Shown: in pieces, positions 1-11,550 of the stretch
Layout of the letters: each line of letters opens with the position of its first letter
Position numbering within the stretch: position 1 is the stretch's first letter
NCBI GenBank assembly: GCA_951406725.2
Contig: OX597831.1
Coordinates: 23,374,001-23,438,000 of the forward strand
Source: Octopus vulgaris
Lineage: Eukaryota
Direction of reading: 5' to 3'
DNA length: 64,000 nucleotides
Notes under the pieces: model-generated
Seen by the model: the letters and a program-made list of their open reading frames with translations, nothing else
What the model was told of the DNA's origin: nothing
The model's database searches: none
Made by a program: the position numbers and the translations under genes

Positions 1-223
1 GATATTCTATGGGCAGATGCCTTTCTTGCTACAATCCTCATCTGTCTTCATCGAGATGATATTTCTCCATGGTCCAACATGATCTTGCAGAATATTAGAA
101 ATAAACAACACTGATTGTATGACAGTGGAAATTATTTACAACTATCATGCAATGTTAAAACAAGGTAACATAAGTACACACACACACTCATGTATACATA
201 TGTGTTTGTGTGTGTGCACGTGC

Positions 224-390
224 ACAATGGGCTTCTTTCAGTTTCTATCTACCAAATCCACTCACAAGGCTTTTAGCCAACTTGGGGCTATAATAGAAGA
301 CACTTACTCAAGGTGCTACACTGTGGGACCGAACCTAGAACCATGTAGTTGGGAAGCAAACGTCTTACCACAACCATGCCTTCACCTATA
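224..390 (-). mobile_element. SINE family A, 5' half (tRNA-like head)
   Basis: Reverse complement matches the head of the full copies at 8500 and 33558 (gtggatttggtaga..gaaactgaaagaagccc). Confidence 0.8.
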
Positions 391-1067
391 TTATGTTGTT
401 GTCAATTCCATAATATAGCTGCTATTGTTGCTGAAGACTGGCTGCGAATCTTGCACTGGACATGTATCCGAATATTTAAGGTCTTTGTGAATGCAATGTG
501 AACTGGTTCCAGATTGGGTCTTGTTTACTAGTGACACAGGTGACAGCAAAGAAACACCAATTGTTTGAGACACAGGTGTAACTGAAAGAACTGCTTAAGG
601 ATTTTGCAAGGCAGAAGCTGATATGAATATAAGCGTTAATTATAGGATTTGAGTTATTAGTATTACTCAACAACAAAAATTGCTTAATTACAGTAGAAAT
701 TCTTTGAAATTCTTTTCCTTATTACCTGTGTGTCATAAACACCTAGAAAGCAATAATAGATTTTAGCTGTGCAATACTAACAATGCGATATAAATTATTA
801 TTATCCAATGTTTTCTTCGTTAATATTCCAAGCACGTGCTAGTCAGGAAATGTTTGCTAAAAACAGTTACGATGCCGATAGCTTCGACTTTATTCCAACG
901 ATTATATTTGCTTAAAGACAAATTCATGTCTGCTTCTATCAGTTTTCTAGAATGAATATTAACCAACCATTATTGGTTAAGGACGTAGAGGAAAAAAGAG
1001 CAGCACAAAATGAAACAAAGCAAACATGGAACAAATATATAATATATATATACATACATATATACAC

Positions 1068-1119
<52 letters not shown>

Positions 1120-1181
1120 ATATTTCGGAATGGTCATATTGCCAGTTTAGCCAATAAATCTTGCACAACAAATATTTAAAC

Positions 1182-1230
<49 letters not shown>

Positions 1231-1699
1231 TGAAAGCAAAATAAAAATAGACTAAATATTTTATGTAGTTTTGTTTTCTTGGAGATATTTCTTGTCATTG
1301 ATAACGCAATGAATAACTGTAAAATACAGCACACTGTGTGAAATAAATCTTTTCACACAAACAGTGCATACAAATTTCTTAATATTTTTCCCTTGAAAGT
1401 GTCTTTTAAATTGTTTTTGCTTTTGGAATTTAGAGGTGAGAGAATAAAATAACATAAATAAAAAAAAATAGGTCTTGCTACAGGTAGCAAAAACATAGTG
1501 TGCTAAGCATTTATAATAAGGTAAACTTGAAGAATACTTCAGAGAATAAATAGTATGTACGAGATTTAAATGTGAAACTAATGCAAGCAGATTGTTATGT
1601 TAATAGATTCTAGATAGACAAGACAGACCTGGATGGCATTTTGTGTCGTGAGACAGAAGGTAGCCTACTTAGAGTAATTAAAAGAATATGTCCTGAACA

Positions 1700-1822
1700 A
1701 CATCAGCATAAACATCATCATCATCATCATCATTACCTTCGTTATTGTCATTGTCATCATCCTTATCATCACCATCACCAACACCACCATCATCATCATC
1801 ATCTTCGTCATCATCATCATTG

Positions 1823-1862
<40 letters not shown>

Positions 1863-2003
1863 TCGTCATCATCATCTTCGTCATCATCATCTTCGTCATC
1901 ATCATCATCGTCATCATCATCACCATCTTCATTATTGTCATCGTCATCATCCTTATCATCACCATCACCCCCATCATCATCATCTTTGTCATCATCATCA
2001 TTG

Positions 2004-2044
<41 letters not shown>

Positions 2045-2275
2045 GTCGTCATCAACATCACCATCTTCGTTATTGTCATCGTCATCGTCCTTATCATCAC
2101 CATCACCAACACCCCCATCATCATCATCTTCGTCATCATCATCATTGTTATCATCATCATCATCATCATCACCATCTTCATTATTGTCATCGTCATCATC
2201 CTTATCATCACCATCACCGACACCCCCACCATCATCATCTTCGTCATTATCTTCATCATTATCATCTTCATCGTT
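1700..2275. repeat. Degenerate (CAT)n microsatellite with a higher-order repeat
   Basis: CAT triplets; the block c(c)ttc(a/g)ttattgtcat(c/t)gtcatc(a/g)tccttatcatcaccatcacc recurs at about 1737, 1927, 2065 and 2175. Confidence 0.95.
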
Positions 2276-2664
2276 TTGATATTCAATTTTCCATGCTGGC
2301 TTGGATCAGACAGATTTAATCCTTCACCTGTTTCACACAGCCACATCTGTGCCTGTCTATCATTCTACATCAAACAATTCAAAATCTTATCACATAATAC
2401 AACAGTGCACTTATAAAACTCACATTATCTTTCATTTAAAAATAGTAAACCTGAAACTATATTATCTAATGTGTCCTTCCAATTTTTATGGTGCCCAGCG
2501 AGTAAATTGATGGAGGGGGATATTGGTTGCTATTTCTAGGAAGACAAGCTAATCCCCTCAAGACTCCAGTGTGGGATTGTATAACAATATCTCTCTCTCT
2601 ATATATATATATATTAAAAATAAAAATATGCTATATACATACACACACCCATTTGTGTGTGTGC

Positions 2665-2814
<150 letters not shown>

Positions 2815-2815
<1 letters not shown>

Positions 2816-3246
2816 AAGTGCTGATCACTTGAAGTGGAAGGAAGATCTGGAAGAGGAAAACCCAGTAAGACATGGGCTGAAATATTGAAGGCTGATCTCA
2901 AAACACTGAACCTTACAAAGGAGATGACAGAGGACCGAAATATGTGGTGCCTTGTTGTACTGAAAGAAGACTTGCCCACCACAACAGTATTGAGATCCTA
3001 AAACCAAAGTGCCATATAAAAAACGTGGGTGTCACACAAAAAGCACTGGCGCTTGTGGTGGTGCCATATAAAAAGCACCCAGTATACTCTGTAAAGTGGT
3101 TGGCATTAGAAAGGCCCATCCAAATGCAGAAACCAAGTCAGAATGAATTATGGATCTTGGTGTGGCCTCTGGCCCTGCCAGTTCCTGTCAATCTGTCAAA
3201 CCCATGCCAGGATGGAAAAAGAATGTTAAATGATGATGATGATGAT
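2815..3246 (+). mobile_element. 5'-truncated RTE-clade LINE: ORF C-terminus, 3' UTR and (GAT)n tail
   Basis: Translates to [39 protein letters not shown], the typical RTE C-terminal GRPxxTW...DRxxW motif. It is followed by gtgccatataaaaa repeats and aacccatgccag...gttaaatgatgatgat. Confidence 0.8.
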
Positions 3247-3796
3247 ACCAGTTATGTAGTTGACAATCTGTAACTGGGTGTGCTGAGTATTAGAAACTAG
3301 CTGTCCCCAAGCCATCAAAAATGATGGCTAATTGTAGTATTTTATATAAAGATATGGATGGTAAATCAAATTAATACACTTGTCAATGTTATCTAGTTGC
3401 TGTCTTTCATAATGTGACATCGATCATCTTTTGTTATTGAAAGAACGCTGGTTCACACATACAAGCATTCACAAAGAGTTGAAACACTCCCATCGCCAGT
3501 TTGCCATCACCCCTTCCTTCCTTATTCATCTATTGCCCCTTCCTTTCTATGTTGGGACAGAGAAAAACACAAGAGTATTATTATAGTAGATAACATACAT
3601 GACTCTCTCTTTGCCACTTCCTCTCTCTTATTGCTGTTACTTTTTCTCACTCCCTCTCAGTCATGGCTATTACTCTCACTACTTCTCCTTCACTGAGTTA
3701 CTATTTTCTCTCCTCTCCCTTCACTTATACTACTGTTTCTCCCATTCCCTCCTACAGAGTGATTTTGGACAAATGCATATATATATACATATATAT

Positions 3797-4099
3797 ATCA
3801 CCACGATTACTGTGACCAACCAGGCTACCAAATGTTGCTACACATCGCTGGTCACAATGCGCTTTGCATTGTTTTAGCCTTCAAATGACACCACCCCGGT
3901 GGCTAATTGAGCAGGCCAACAGACGAAAGAGTGAGAGAAAGTTGTGTCGAAAAGAGTACAGCAGGGATCGGCACCACCCCCTGCCGGAGCCTCATGGAGC
4001 TTTAGGTGTTTTTGCTCAATAAACACTCACAACACCTGGTCTGGGAATCGAAACTGCTATCCTACAACCACGCATCTGCTGCCCTAACCACTGGGCCAT
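3797..4099 (-). mobile_element. tRNA-derived SINE family B
   Basis: Minus strand begins tggcccagtggttagggcagc..gtttcgattcccagacc (A and B boxes) and matches the copy at 7037. Confidence 0.85.
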
Positions 4100-4140
4100 A
4101 TATATACATATATATACATATATATACATATATATATATA

Positions 4141-4182
<42 letters not shown>

Positions 4183-4184
<2 letters not shown>

Positions 4185-4378
4185 ATCCAAACAAGAAAGC
4201 ACAAAAAAACACAACAACGCGAGGACTTGGAACAAATATAGTATTATTGGACGCTCAGGAAAGAAGGAAAGAAGGAGGGTTTAATGTTTCGAGCGGAGCT
4301 CTTCGTCAGAAACATAGGAGAAGGAAAGATCCAGAGAAGGGAAGACAGAGGAAAAAAAATCAACAACGGTACACACGA
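4183..4378 (-). mobile_element. Short repeat family P (Penelope pLTR-like) carrying a hammerhead-like motif
   Basis: Homologous to 11345-11550, 61120-61275 and, more weakly, 12730-12900. It is flanked by TA runs. Confidence 0.65.
4278..4316 (-). ncRNA. Minimal type-I hammerhead ribozyme-like motif
   Basis: Minus strand reads guuu CUGACGA a gagc ucc gcuc GAAA cauu aaac: intact core, 4-bp stem II, helix I guuu/aaac, imperfect helix III palindrome. Confidence 0.55.
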
Positions 4379-4974
4379 TATATATATATATATATATATA
4401 TATAAACACTACACTTATTATTACATTAGGAGAATCTAAGGGTTGCATTATACTATACAAACAATACATGTTAAACTATATTAGCTAAAGGACAGACGCA
4501 CCCCTACTACATGTATCCATTAAATCAGTAACCAATTTGAAATTTAGAATTCTCTCCCTTGTCTTTTTACACAAAAATTGTCGTTAACACTAATGATATT
4601 ACTTCCCATTAGAAGTACAAGTTCAATTGATTAAAAATTATTTTTGGTTCACTAGCATTAAGCATGTTGTTACAGCAGTTAAACACAGTTTTTTAACAAA
4701 GCGAATATTATGTTAGAATGGAACACAATGCAAGTTCTTTTCTTTACTCTTTCTGCTTCTTCCTCTCCTCTTTTATCTTCCCCTTACTCTCGCCATCTCC
4801 TCTCCGCTGCTTCTCTTTCCACAAAATTATGTTTAAACCAGCAACATATCTGGATTACATATTACCGGATTTATGCTGGTTAAACTTGAATACATTTAGT
4901 GGTTTGCAAATGGATTTTTGTACATAACAATGTACAATGTACAATGTTGCTCTCATTTTGCACAGTAGTGCATG

Positions 4975-5093
4975 AATGTGTGTGTGTGTGTGTGTGTGCG
5001 TGTGTGTGTGTAAATGTGTTTGTGTAATGTAAATATATGTGAACGTACGCATGCATATAACTGTTTCTTACTCATTATATCTATGCATATACA

Positions 5094-5132
<39 letters not shown>

Positions 5133-5436
5133 GTGCTTATGTATGTTTGTGTGTGTAGATATATATATATGTGTGTGTGTGTGTATATATATATGTGTGT
5201 GTGTGTGTATATATATGTATATATATGTGTGTATATATGTGTGTATATATGTATATATATATATGTATATATATGTATATATACATGTGTATATATATAT
5301 ATGTGTATATATGTATCTATATATATGTGTATATATATGTGTATATATATGTGTATATATATATGTGTATATATATATATGTATATATATACATATATAT
5401 ATGCATATATATATATATATCATATTGTTGATGCTG

Positions 5437-5476
<40 letters not shown>

Positions 5477-5490
5477 CATTATTATTTTTT
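4975..5490. repeat. Compound TG/TA/TAT microsatellite
   Basis: Seen directly. Confidence 0.95.
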
Positions 5491-6465
5491 TTAATGTATA
5501 GCAGGGCAGTGGGTGGAGGGGGAGGAGAGAAGCAAACATAGGAAGCTGACAGCATGAAGTTAGTTGATGAAATAAGTAGAACAAATAGACATACAGATAC
5601 ATCTATTTCATTCACCCTAAAGGAATGTTCTACACAGATAATGCTTTTGTTTTTTTTTTTTTTTTTTTTTTGTTTTTTTTTTTTGTAGTATATATTTTTA
5701 TTTCCTTTTCACAATGTTATTATATTATTTTTTTTCTTCTTCTCCTGCTATCTCCATTCAGATTTGTATATATATTTTTATATTCAGTGTGTGCATATAT
5801 ATATGCGTGTGCGTGTGCGTGTGTTATTCAATTTTTCTTTCCTTTTTTTTTTTTTTTTTTTTTTTCATCATCGATAAATTGATATTAGTATAATAAGTGT
5901 TATTTCAATGAGAAAGACAAGCAATGAGAGAGAAAGCGAGAGAGAGAGAGAGAAAGAGAGAGAGAGGGGGAGAGGGAGAGAGAGAGAGAGAGAGAGAGTG
6001 AGGTGGGGAGATCTAAAACAAATGTATATTGATTTTAGGTCTTGAAAATGGGATTGAGTTTTGATTAGAAACTCAGACATAGCTAAATGCTAATACAAAC
6101 ACAGTTGTTTGTTTCTGTTGGCTGGGTAGCGAGATGTGGAATCTGTAGAACACACAAGATTTCACAGACAGAAGATTTTTGCAGAATCTGGTTACATTCC
6201 TTTATGTTCTGAGCTTAATTCCTGCCTCTGTCAACTTAGCCGTCCTTCCTTCCTTCCTTCCTTTTGGAGTCAATAAAATAAGTACCAAATCGAGTATAGT
6301 AATTAATTAATTTCATCAGCTATAACTTGCTCTGCAAAATGTGATAGCCCTGTTCCTTACTTAAAAGCCATTACATTATTATGTTGTACTACCTCCTGAC
6401 CATTGCCTTTCGTTCCAGGAAATCTCTGATAAGAGTACAGTATAGTATCGTGTAGTATATTATAG

Positions 6466-6685
6466 CAGTGCTTTTCAAACTTTTTGCTGGAGCGGAACCC
6501 CAAGGAAACATTCCACTGGCTCGAGGAACCCCTGTGCAATAATTTAATAGTCTTATGCACACATATCTGCACAGGAAAATTTAAAAATTACTGCCGATTT
6601 TAACAGTTTTGTAACTTCTTGCGGAACCCCTGGACTATACTGGCGGAACCCTAAGGTTCTGCGGAACACTGGTTGAAAACCACTG
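6466..6685 (+). mobile_element. hAT (Charlie-like) MITE
   Basis: TIRs cagtgcttttcaa / ttgaaaaccactg and a perfect 8-bp TSD TATTATAG (6458-6465, 6686-6693). Confidence 0.9.
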
Positions 6686-7036
6686 TATTATAGTATAGTA
6701 TGCTGTTTCCCTTGTTGTGGCATAGAAAATTGCCACTGGTCAACAGGTCTCAGCAGTTGTGTATCCATCACTGATGAAACCAAGGAAGGTTGAAATCATG
6801 TGATCTAGTGGTCTTTGTGCTGGAGTTTGTGGGTATTTTATCTTCCTGCTAATGATATAAACATGTGTGCATTTTACACCAAAAGCCTATATGAGAGTTT
6901 CTCTCATGGTATCTACCACAGTAAAGTTTGTTCTTACTTAAGTGGGGATAAGTATTACCCCAAGTTAGGGTAGTGATCTCATTATGCTGTGACTGGTAAT
7001 GCATAGGCATGAGCTAAGGCTAATATACATCTAGAG

Positions 7037-7424
7037 TGGAGGCGCAATGGCCCAGTGGTTAGGGCAGCGGACTCGCAATCATAGGATCGCGGTTTCGATT
7101 CCCAGACCGGGCGTTGTGAGTGTTTATTGAGCGAAAACACATAAAAGCTCCACGAGGCTCCGGCAGGTGATGGTGGTGATCCCTGCTGTACTCTTTCACC
7201 ACAACTTTCTCTCACTCTTACTTCCTGTTTCTGTTGTACCTGTATTTCAAGGGGCCGGCCTTGTCACTCTCTGTGTCACGCTGAATATCCCTGAGAACTA
7301 TGTTAAGGGTGCACGTGTCTGTGGAGTGCTCAGCCACTTACACGTTAATTTCACGAGCAGGCTGTTCCGTTGATTCGGATCAACCAGAACCCTCATCGTC
7401 GTAACCGATGGAGTGCTTCCATCC
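7037..7424 (+). mobile_element. Full-length tRNA-derived SINE family B
   Basis: A box tggcccagtgg, B box ggtttcgattcc, and a 12-bp TSD ATACATCTAGAG (7025-7036, 7425-7436). Confidence 0.92.
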
Positions 7425-8082
7425 ATACATCTAGAGATAAGCTATAGAAAGAAATTACACATATGGCAACCACTTCTGTACACTGTTGTCCCAATTTGTG
7501 GAACTTCTTTCAATAGCTTATCTCTTTCACCAAGCTACAGCTTGGGGTTAACTCAAGCCAATCACTGGCCTGCACTTGGTGTCAACCCTTATGGCCTGTG
7601 TAGTTTCTTCTACCAAGCCAAAATAGACTATACAACCTGGTATGACTCCTGGCCTTACTAGCTCCTGTCAAGCCATTCAACTCATGCCAGCATGGAAAAC
7701 GGATGTTAAATGACGATGATGATGATGGTAATGAATGAACCACAATTACTTCAACTCTTCACTCCATCATTATTTCAGCATTACACACCATGTTTAATTG
7801 ATTACCATATTCCATTAAAAGGTTATGATTAATATTCAAAAGTCCCTGGCTTGGCAACCCAACTGAAAAGCTTACCCTCTTAATGTGAACCCCCAGTTTC
7901 TTGTCTGTTGTTTTCTCTTGTTATTTCCTCTTTAAAACATTCTCCTCTTTTAATGAAAATTAACTTTTTCAAGACTGTGTCATTGTACCAATACAACAAA
8001 AAATTACCTGTATTTTTGTTTTCTAAAGTATTGAACTTATGATAATTAGTCTTCACCTCAAACACAGTTGTTGTTTGTTCTT

Positions 8083-8374
8083 TCTCTAGCCATGCCTGGC
8101 TCATAAGGGCTACATTCCTGGTTTCATTGGCATATAGGTTCCCCACCTAGTCGGAATGCCAGTCCATCACAGGTGAGCTGCAAGATACAGGAGGAAAGAG
8201 CCAGAGAAAGTTGTGGCGAAAGAGTCAGCAGAAGTTCACCATTACCTTCTGCTGAAGCCATGTGGAGCTTAGGCGTTTTGTTCATAAAGACAAACATCGC
8301 CCGGTCTGAGATTTGAATTCACGATCTCTCGACTCAAGCCCGCTGCTCTAACCACTAAGCTATGTGTCTCCACT
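8083..8374 (-). mobile_element. SINE family B, diverged copy
   Basis: gagaaagttgtggcgaaagagtcagcag...ctctaaccactaagctatgtgtctccac matches B-family copies. Confidence 0.75.
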
Positions 8375-8499
8375 CATTGCAAACACAGTAGTTTGATAAA
8401 ATTGGTAACAGAGGTATACTTGGAATTTTGTCGGCCAAGAAGCACTTATATGTGTCGTTTGAGAAGTGGTGTATTCAAGCTGATTTAGTTATGCACAGT

Positions 8500-8904
8500 A
8501 GGCATAGGAGTGGCTGTGTGGTAAGTAGCTTGCTTACGAACCACATAGTTCCAGGTTCAGTCCCACTGCGTGGCACCTTGGGCAAGTGTCTTCTGCTATA
8601 GCCTCAGGCTGTCCAAAGCCTTGTGAGTGGATTTGGTAGACGGAAACTGAAAGAAGCCTGTCGTATATATGTATATATATGTATGTGTATATGTTTGTGT
8701 GTCTGTGTTTGTCCCCCCAACATCGCTTGACAACTGATGCTGGTGTGTTTACGTCACTGCCACTTAGCGATTCGGCAAAAGAGACTGATAGAATAAGTAC
8801 TGGGCTTACAAAGATTAAGTCCCGGGGTCGATTTGTTCGACTAAAGGCGGTGCTCCAGCATGGCCACAGTCAAATGACTGAAACAAGTAAAAGAGTAAAA
8901 GAGT
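8500..8904 (+). mobile_element. Full-length SINE family A (tRNA head, CORE-like gcaccttgggcaagtgtc, internal TA/TG tract, (AAAGAGT)n tail)
   Basis: About 20 homologous copies in the window; A box tggctgtgtgg, B-box-like ggttcagtccc. Confidence 0.92.
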
Positions 8905-9632
8905 TGGAACATACCATTACTAAACTACTGCCATGTACAAGAGACAAGGATCAGCATTCTCTTCTCTTCTCTCCAAGATTTTGGATTTTTGCCAAATTAA
9001 GAAATTATTAATATTAATGTTTTTGCTTCATTTCAATGTATGATTTTCATTTTCTTTCTCCCACTCTCTTTTAAAACAAATATTTGTCTCTGCAAAATAT
9101 ATTTATCTAAAGAAATAAAATCATTTAAAATCAAATACAAAACATAAAAACTTGAAAAATACCAAAGACTTTTCACTTCAGATGTAATATGAGTTTGCTT
9201 TTTTAATTATTTGTTTTCATTTTTATTTATTCATTATTATTATTATTATTTTTGAAATGTTTTGCTTTATGAATGATATTATGTCAACACTAATATTTCA
9301 TTGTAAGCAGTTAGAGTATTGTTCTCATATTTGGCTTAGAGTTTCTGCAATACACTGTAGAATTAATATGGCCAAGTGGATATGGTATATATTTTTTTTA
9401 TTACAGCTCTAGGATATTGCATTCATATCTACTGCAGATATTTCTCTTGCATTTATGGATAACACAGGCAGGTCTATGACCTTGAGTTTATCCGTCAGTA
9501 ACAGATAGGGTCAGATTATTTGAGCATATTTGCTGAAATAGATAATTTGGTCATCATGTCAAGAAACTAGATCTGAACACTTTATCTCGAAAAAAGAAAA
9601 TACACTTCCAGACAAATCAGAGGAAGTTCTAC

Positions 9633-9825
9633 CTCTCTTTTACTCTATTTACTTGTTTCAGTCATTTAACTGCGGTCATGCTGGAACACTGTATTTAGTC
9701 GAGCAAATCGACCCCAGGACTTATTCTTTGTAAGCCTGCTGAACCGCTAAGTTATGGGGACATAAACATACCAGCATCAGTTGTCAAGTGATGTTGGGGG
9801 GACAAACACAGACACACAAATATAT

Positions 9826-9898
<73 letters not shown>

Positions 9899-10058
9899 CA
9901 CATATATACGATGGGCTTCTTTCAGTTTCCATCTACCAAATCCACTCACAAGGCTTTGGTTGGCCCAAGGCTGTAGTAGAAGACATTTGCCCAAGGTGCC
10001 ATGCAGTGGGACTGAACCCGGAACCAAGCTACTTACCACACAGCCACTCCTACGCCTA
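9633..10058 (-). mobile_element. SINE family A with internal deletions
   Basis: Reverse complement of the 8500 copy. Confidence 0.9.
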
Positions 10059-10077
10059 GAGTAATTAAAATAACTTG

Positions 10078-10230
10078 AAAAAGTCAGCAGAAGTTCGCCA
10101 TTACCGTCTGCCGGAGCTGTGTGGAGCTTAGGTGTTTCGCTCATAAACACACATCGCTCAGTCTGAGATTCAAACCCGCGATCCCTTGACCACAAGTTCG
10201 CTGCTCTAACCACTAGGCCATGTGCCTCCA
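10078..10230 (-). mobile_element. SINE family B, head portion
   Basis: Minus strand tggaggcacatggcctagtggttagagcagcg...gggtttgaatctcagac. Confidence 0.8.
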
Positions 10231-10428
10231 TTTGGTTATACTACTTGTTAAAAACAGCAGCAAAATCTACCTCAAAACATCCTATCATTTTATTAAAGAC
10301 ATATTGGATAATATAGTCATAAATACAAAACATCTTTGTATTTAAAGTCTGTTCAATCAGGGATGACCAAGTAGTGACCAATTACAACGGATAATGTTTT
10401 GAGGCGTCCTGCATATAAGAGAGTAAAG

Positions 10429-10647
10429 CAGTGCTTTTCAACCTTTTTGCTGGAGTGGAACCCCAAGAAAACATTTCACTGGCTCGAGGAACCCCTCTAC
10501 AATAATTTAATTGTCTTATGCACACATATCTGCACAGGAGAATTAAAAATTACTGTTGATTTTAGCATTTTTGTAACTTCTTGCGAAACCCTTGGACTGT
10601 ACTGGTGGAACCCTAAGGTCCCGCAGAACCCTGGTTGAAAACCACTG
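10429..10647 (+). mobile_element. hAT MITE, same family as 6466
   Basis: Same TIRs; 8-bp TSD GAGTAAAG/CAGTAAAG (7 of 8 match). Confidence 0.9.
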
Positions 10648-10781
10648 CAGTAAAGCAACCTCAGTTTAGTTGCTTGATGTAGTGAAAGCATTAGTACTCC
10701 TTGCACTGATAAGCATGCATGCATGCATGTATGTATATACGTATGTATGTATGAATGAATGAATGATTTTTCTTTGCGTTT

Positions 10782-11100
10782 TATTTAAATTCTTCTTGAG
10801 AGAGTTCAAGACAGTCACTAATAAAACAATAAAATATTTTGAATTAAGAGAATTCTCAGGGTTTGTAAATGTGTGGTTGAGTTGGTGCCTCTAATAGATT
10901 GGATTTGGACAATCCCTCTTTTTCTGCAAAACCTATTATTTCTAGATTTTTGTGTATATTTGTGGGTACATCGCCTAATGCACCAATGATGATGGCTACT
11001 AATGAGAATTCATAATTAGAGTACAAGAGCTCTAAGTTCCACATTAATTCGCCAGAAATGTTCTCTTTTCCTAGTCTTTTGATTGTACTGTTACATTCAC
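10782..11100 (-). mobile_element. 3' fragment of an RLE-type non-LTR retrotransposon (R4/Dong-like), degraded
   Basis: Minus translation EKENISGELMWNLELLYSNYEFSLVAIIIGALGDVPTNIHKNLEIIGF (with a frameshift) has the C-terminal PIIIGALG motif of RLE elements. Homologous to 40290-40860. Confidence 0.75.
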
Positions 11101-11220
11101 TATGTATATATGTGTGTATATATATATATATATACTACCGACAAAACACCACCACATGGATTCTATTGAGACCAGTAAGAAACAATTATGTACTTTTCTA
11201 TTACACTTTTCTTTCTATAA

Positions 11221-11267
11221 TATTTTTGATGAGGTTCGTTTTTTCAAGAACCGAAACATGTAAAATT
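11221..11267 (+). ncRNA. Minimal type-I hammerhead ribozyme-like motif (C3U)
   Basis: auuu UUGAUGA gguuc guuuuuucaa gaacc GAA ACAUGU A aaau: perfect 5-bp stem II, palindromic helix III ACAUGU, GUA cleavage triplet. Confidence 0.55.
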
Positions 11268-11344
11268 CATAAGAAAATTAAAATTTATCTAATATAGTGG
11301 CGTTTTCAAACTTCTTTTTTACAAATATATATATATATATATAT

Positions 11345-11550
11345 TGTTACTCCAAACATGAACAAAGAGAAAACACAATGCAAGGATGTGGAACAAGTAT
11401 AGAGTTATTGGACGCTCAGGAAAGGAAAGAAAGAAGGAGGTTTTAACATTTCAAGCAGAGCTCTTCATCAGAAACATAGAAAAAGAAAAGGTCCAAGGAA
11501 GGGAAGACAGAGAAAGAAAATCGCCAACGATACACACGTGGTCACATATT
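11345..11550 (-). mobile_element. Family P copy with hammerhead-like motif at ~11438-11478
   Basis: Minus strand guuu CUGAUGA a gagc ucu gcuu GAAA uguu aaaac; homologous to 4183-4378. Confidence 0.65.

Noticed and set aside
1641-2416. ORFs over 200 aa of poly-His/Ser/Ile/Met
   Set aside because: Translations of (CAT)n, open in several frames on both strands, with no domain or splice context.
4953-5615. YI/CV/HT-rich ORFs here and throughout the window
   Set aside because: Translations of TA/TG dinucleotide microsatellites.
7037-7112. tRNA gene
   Set aside because: The tRNA-like sequence is a SINE head followed by the family body and enclosed in a TSD; the same applies to other A/B/C heads.
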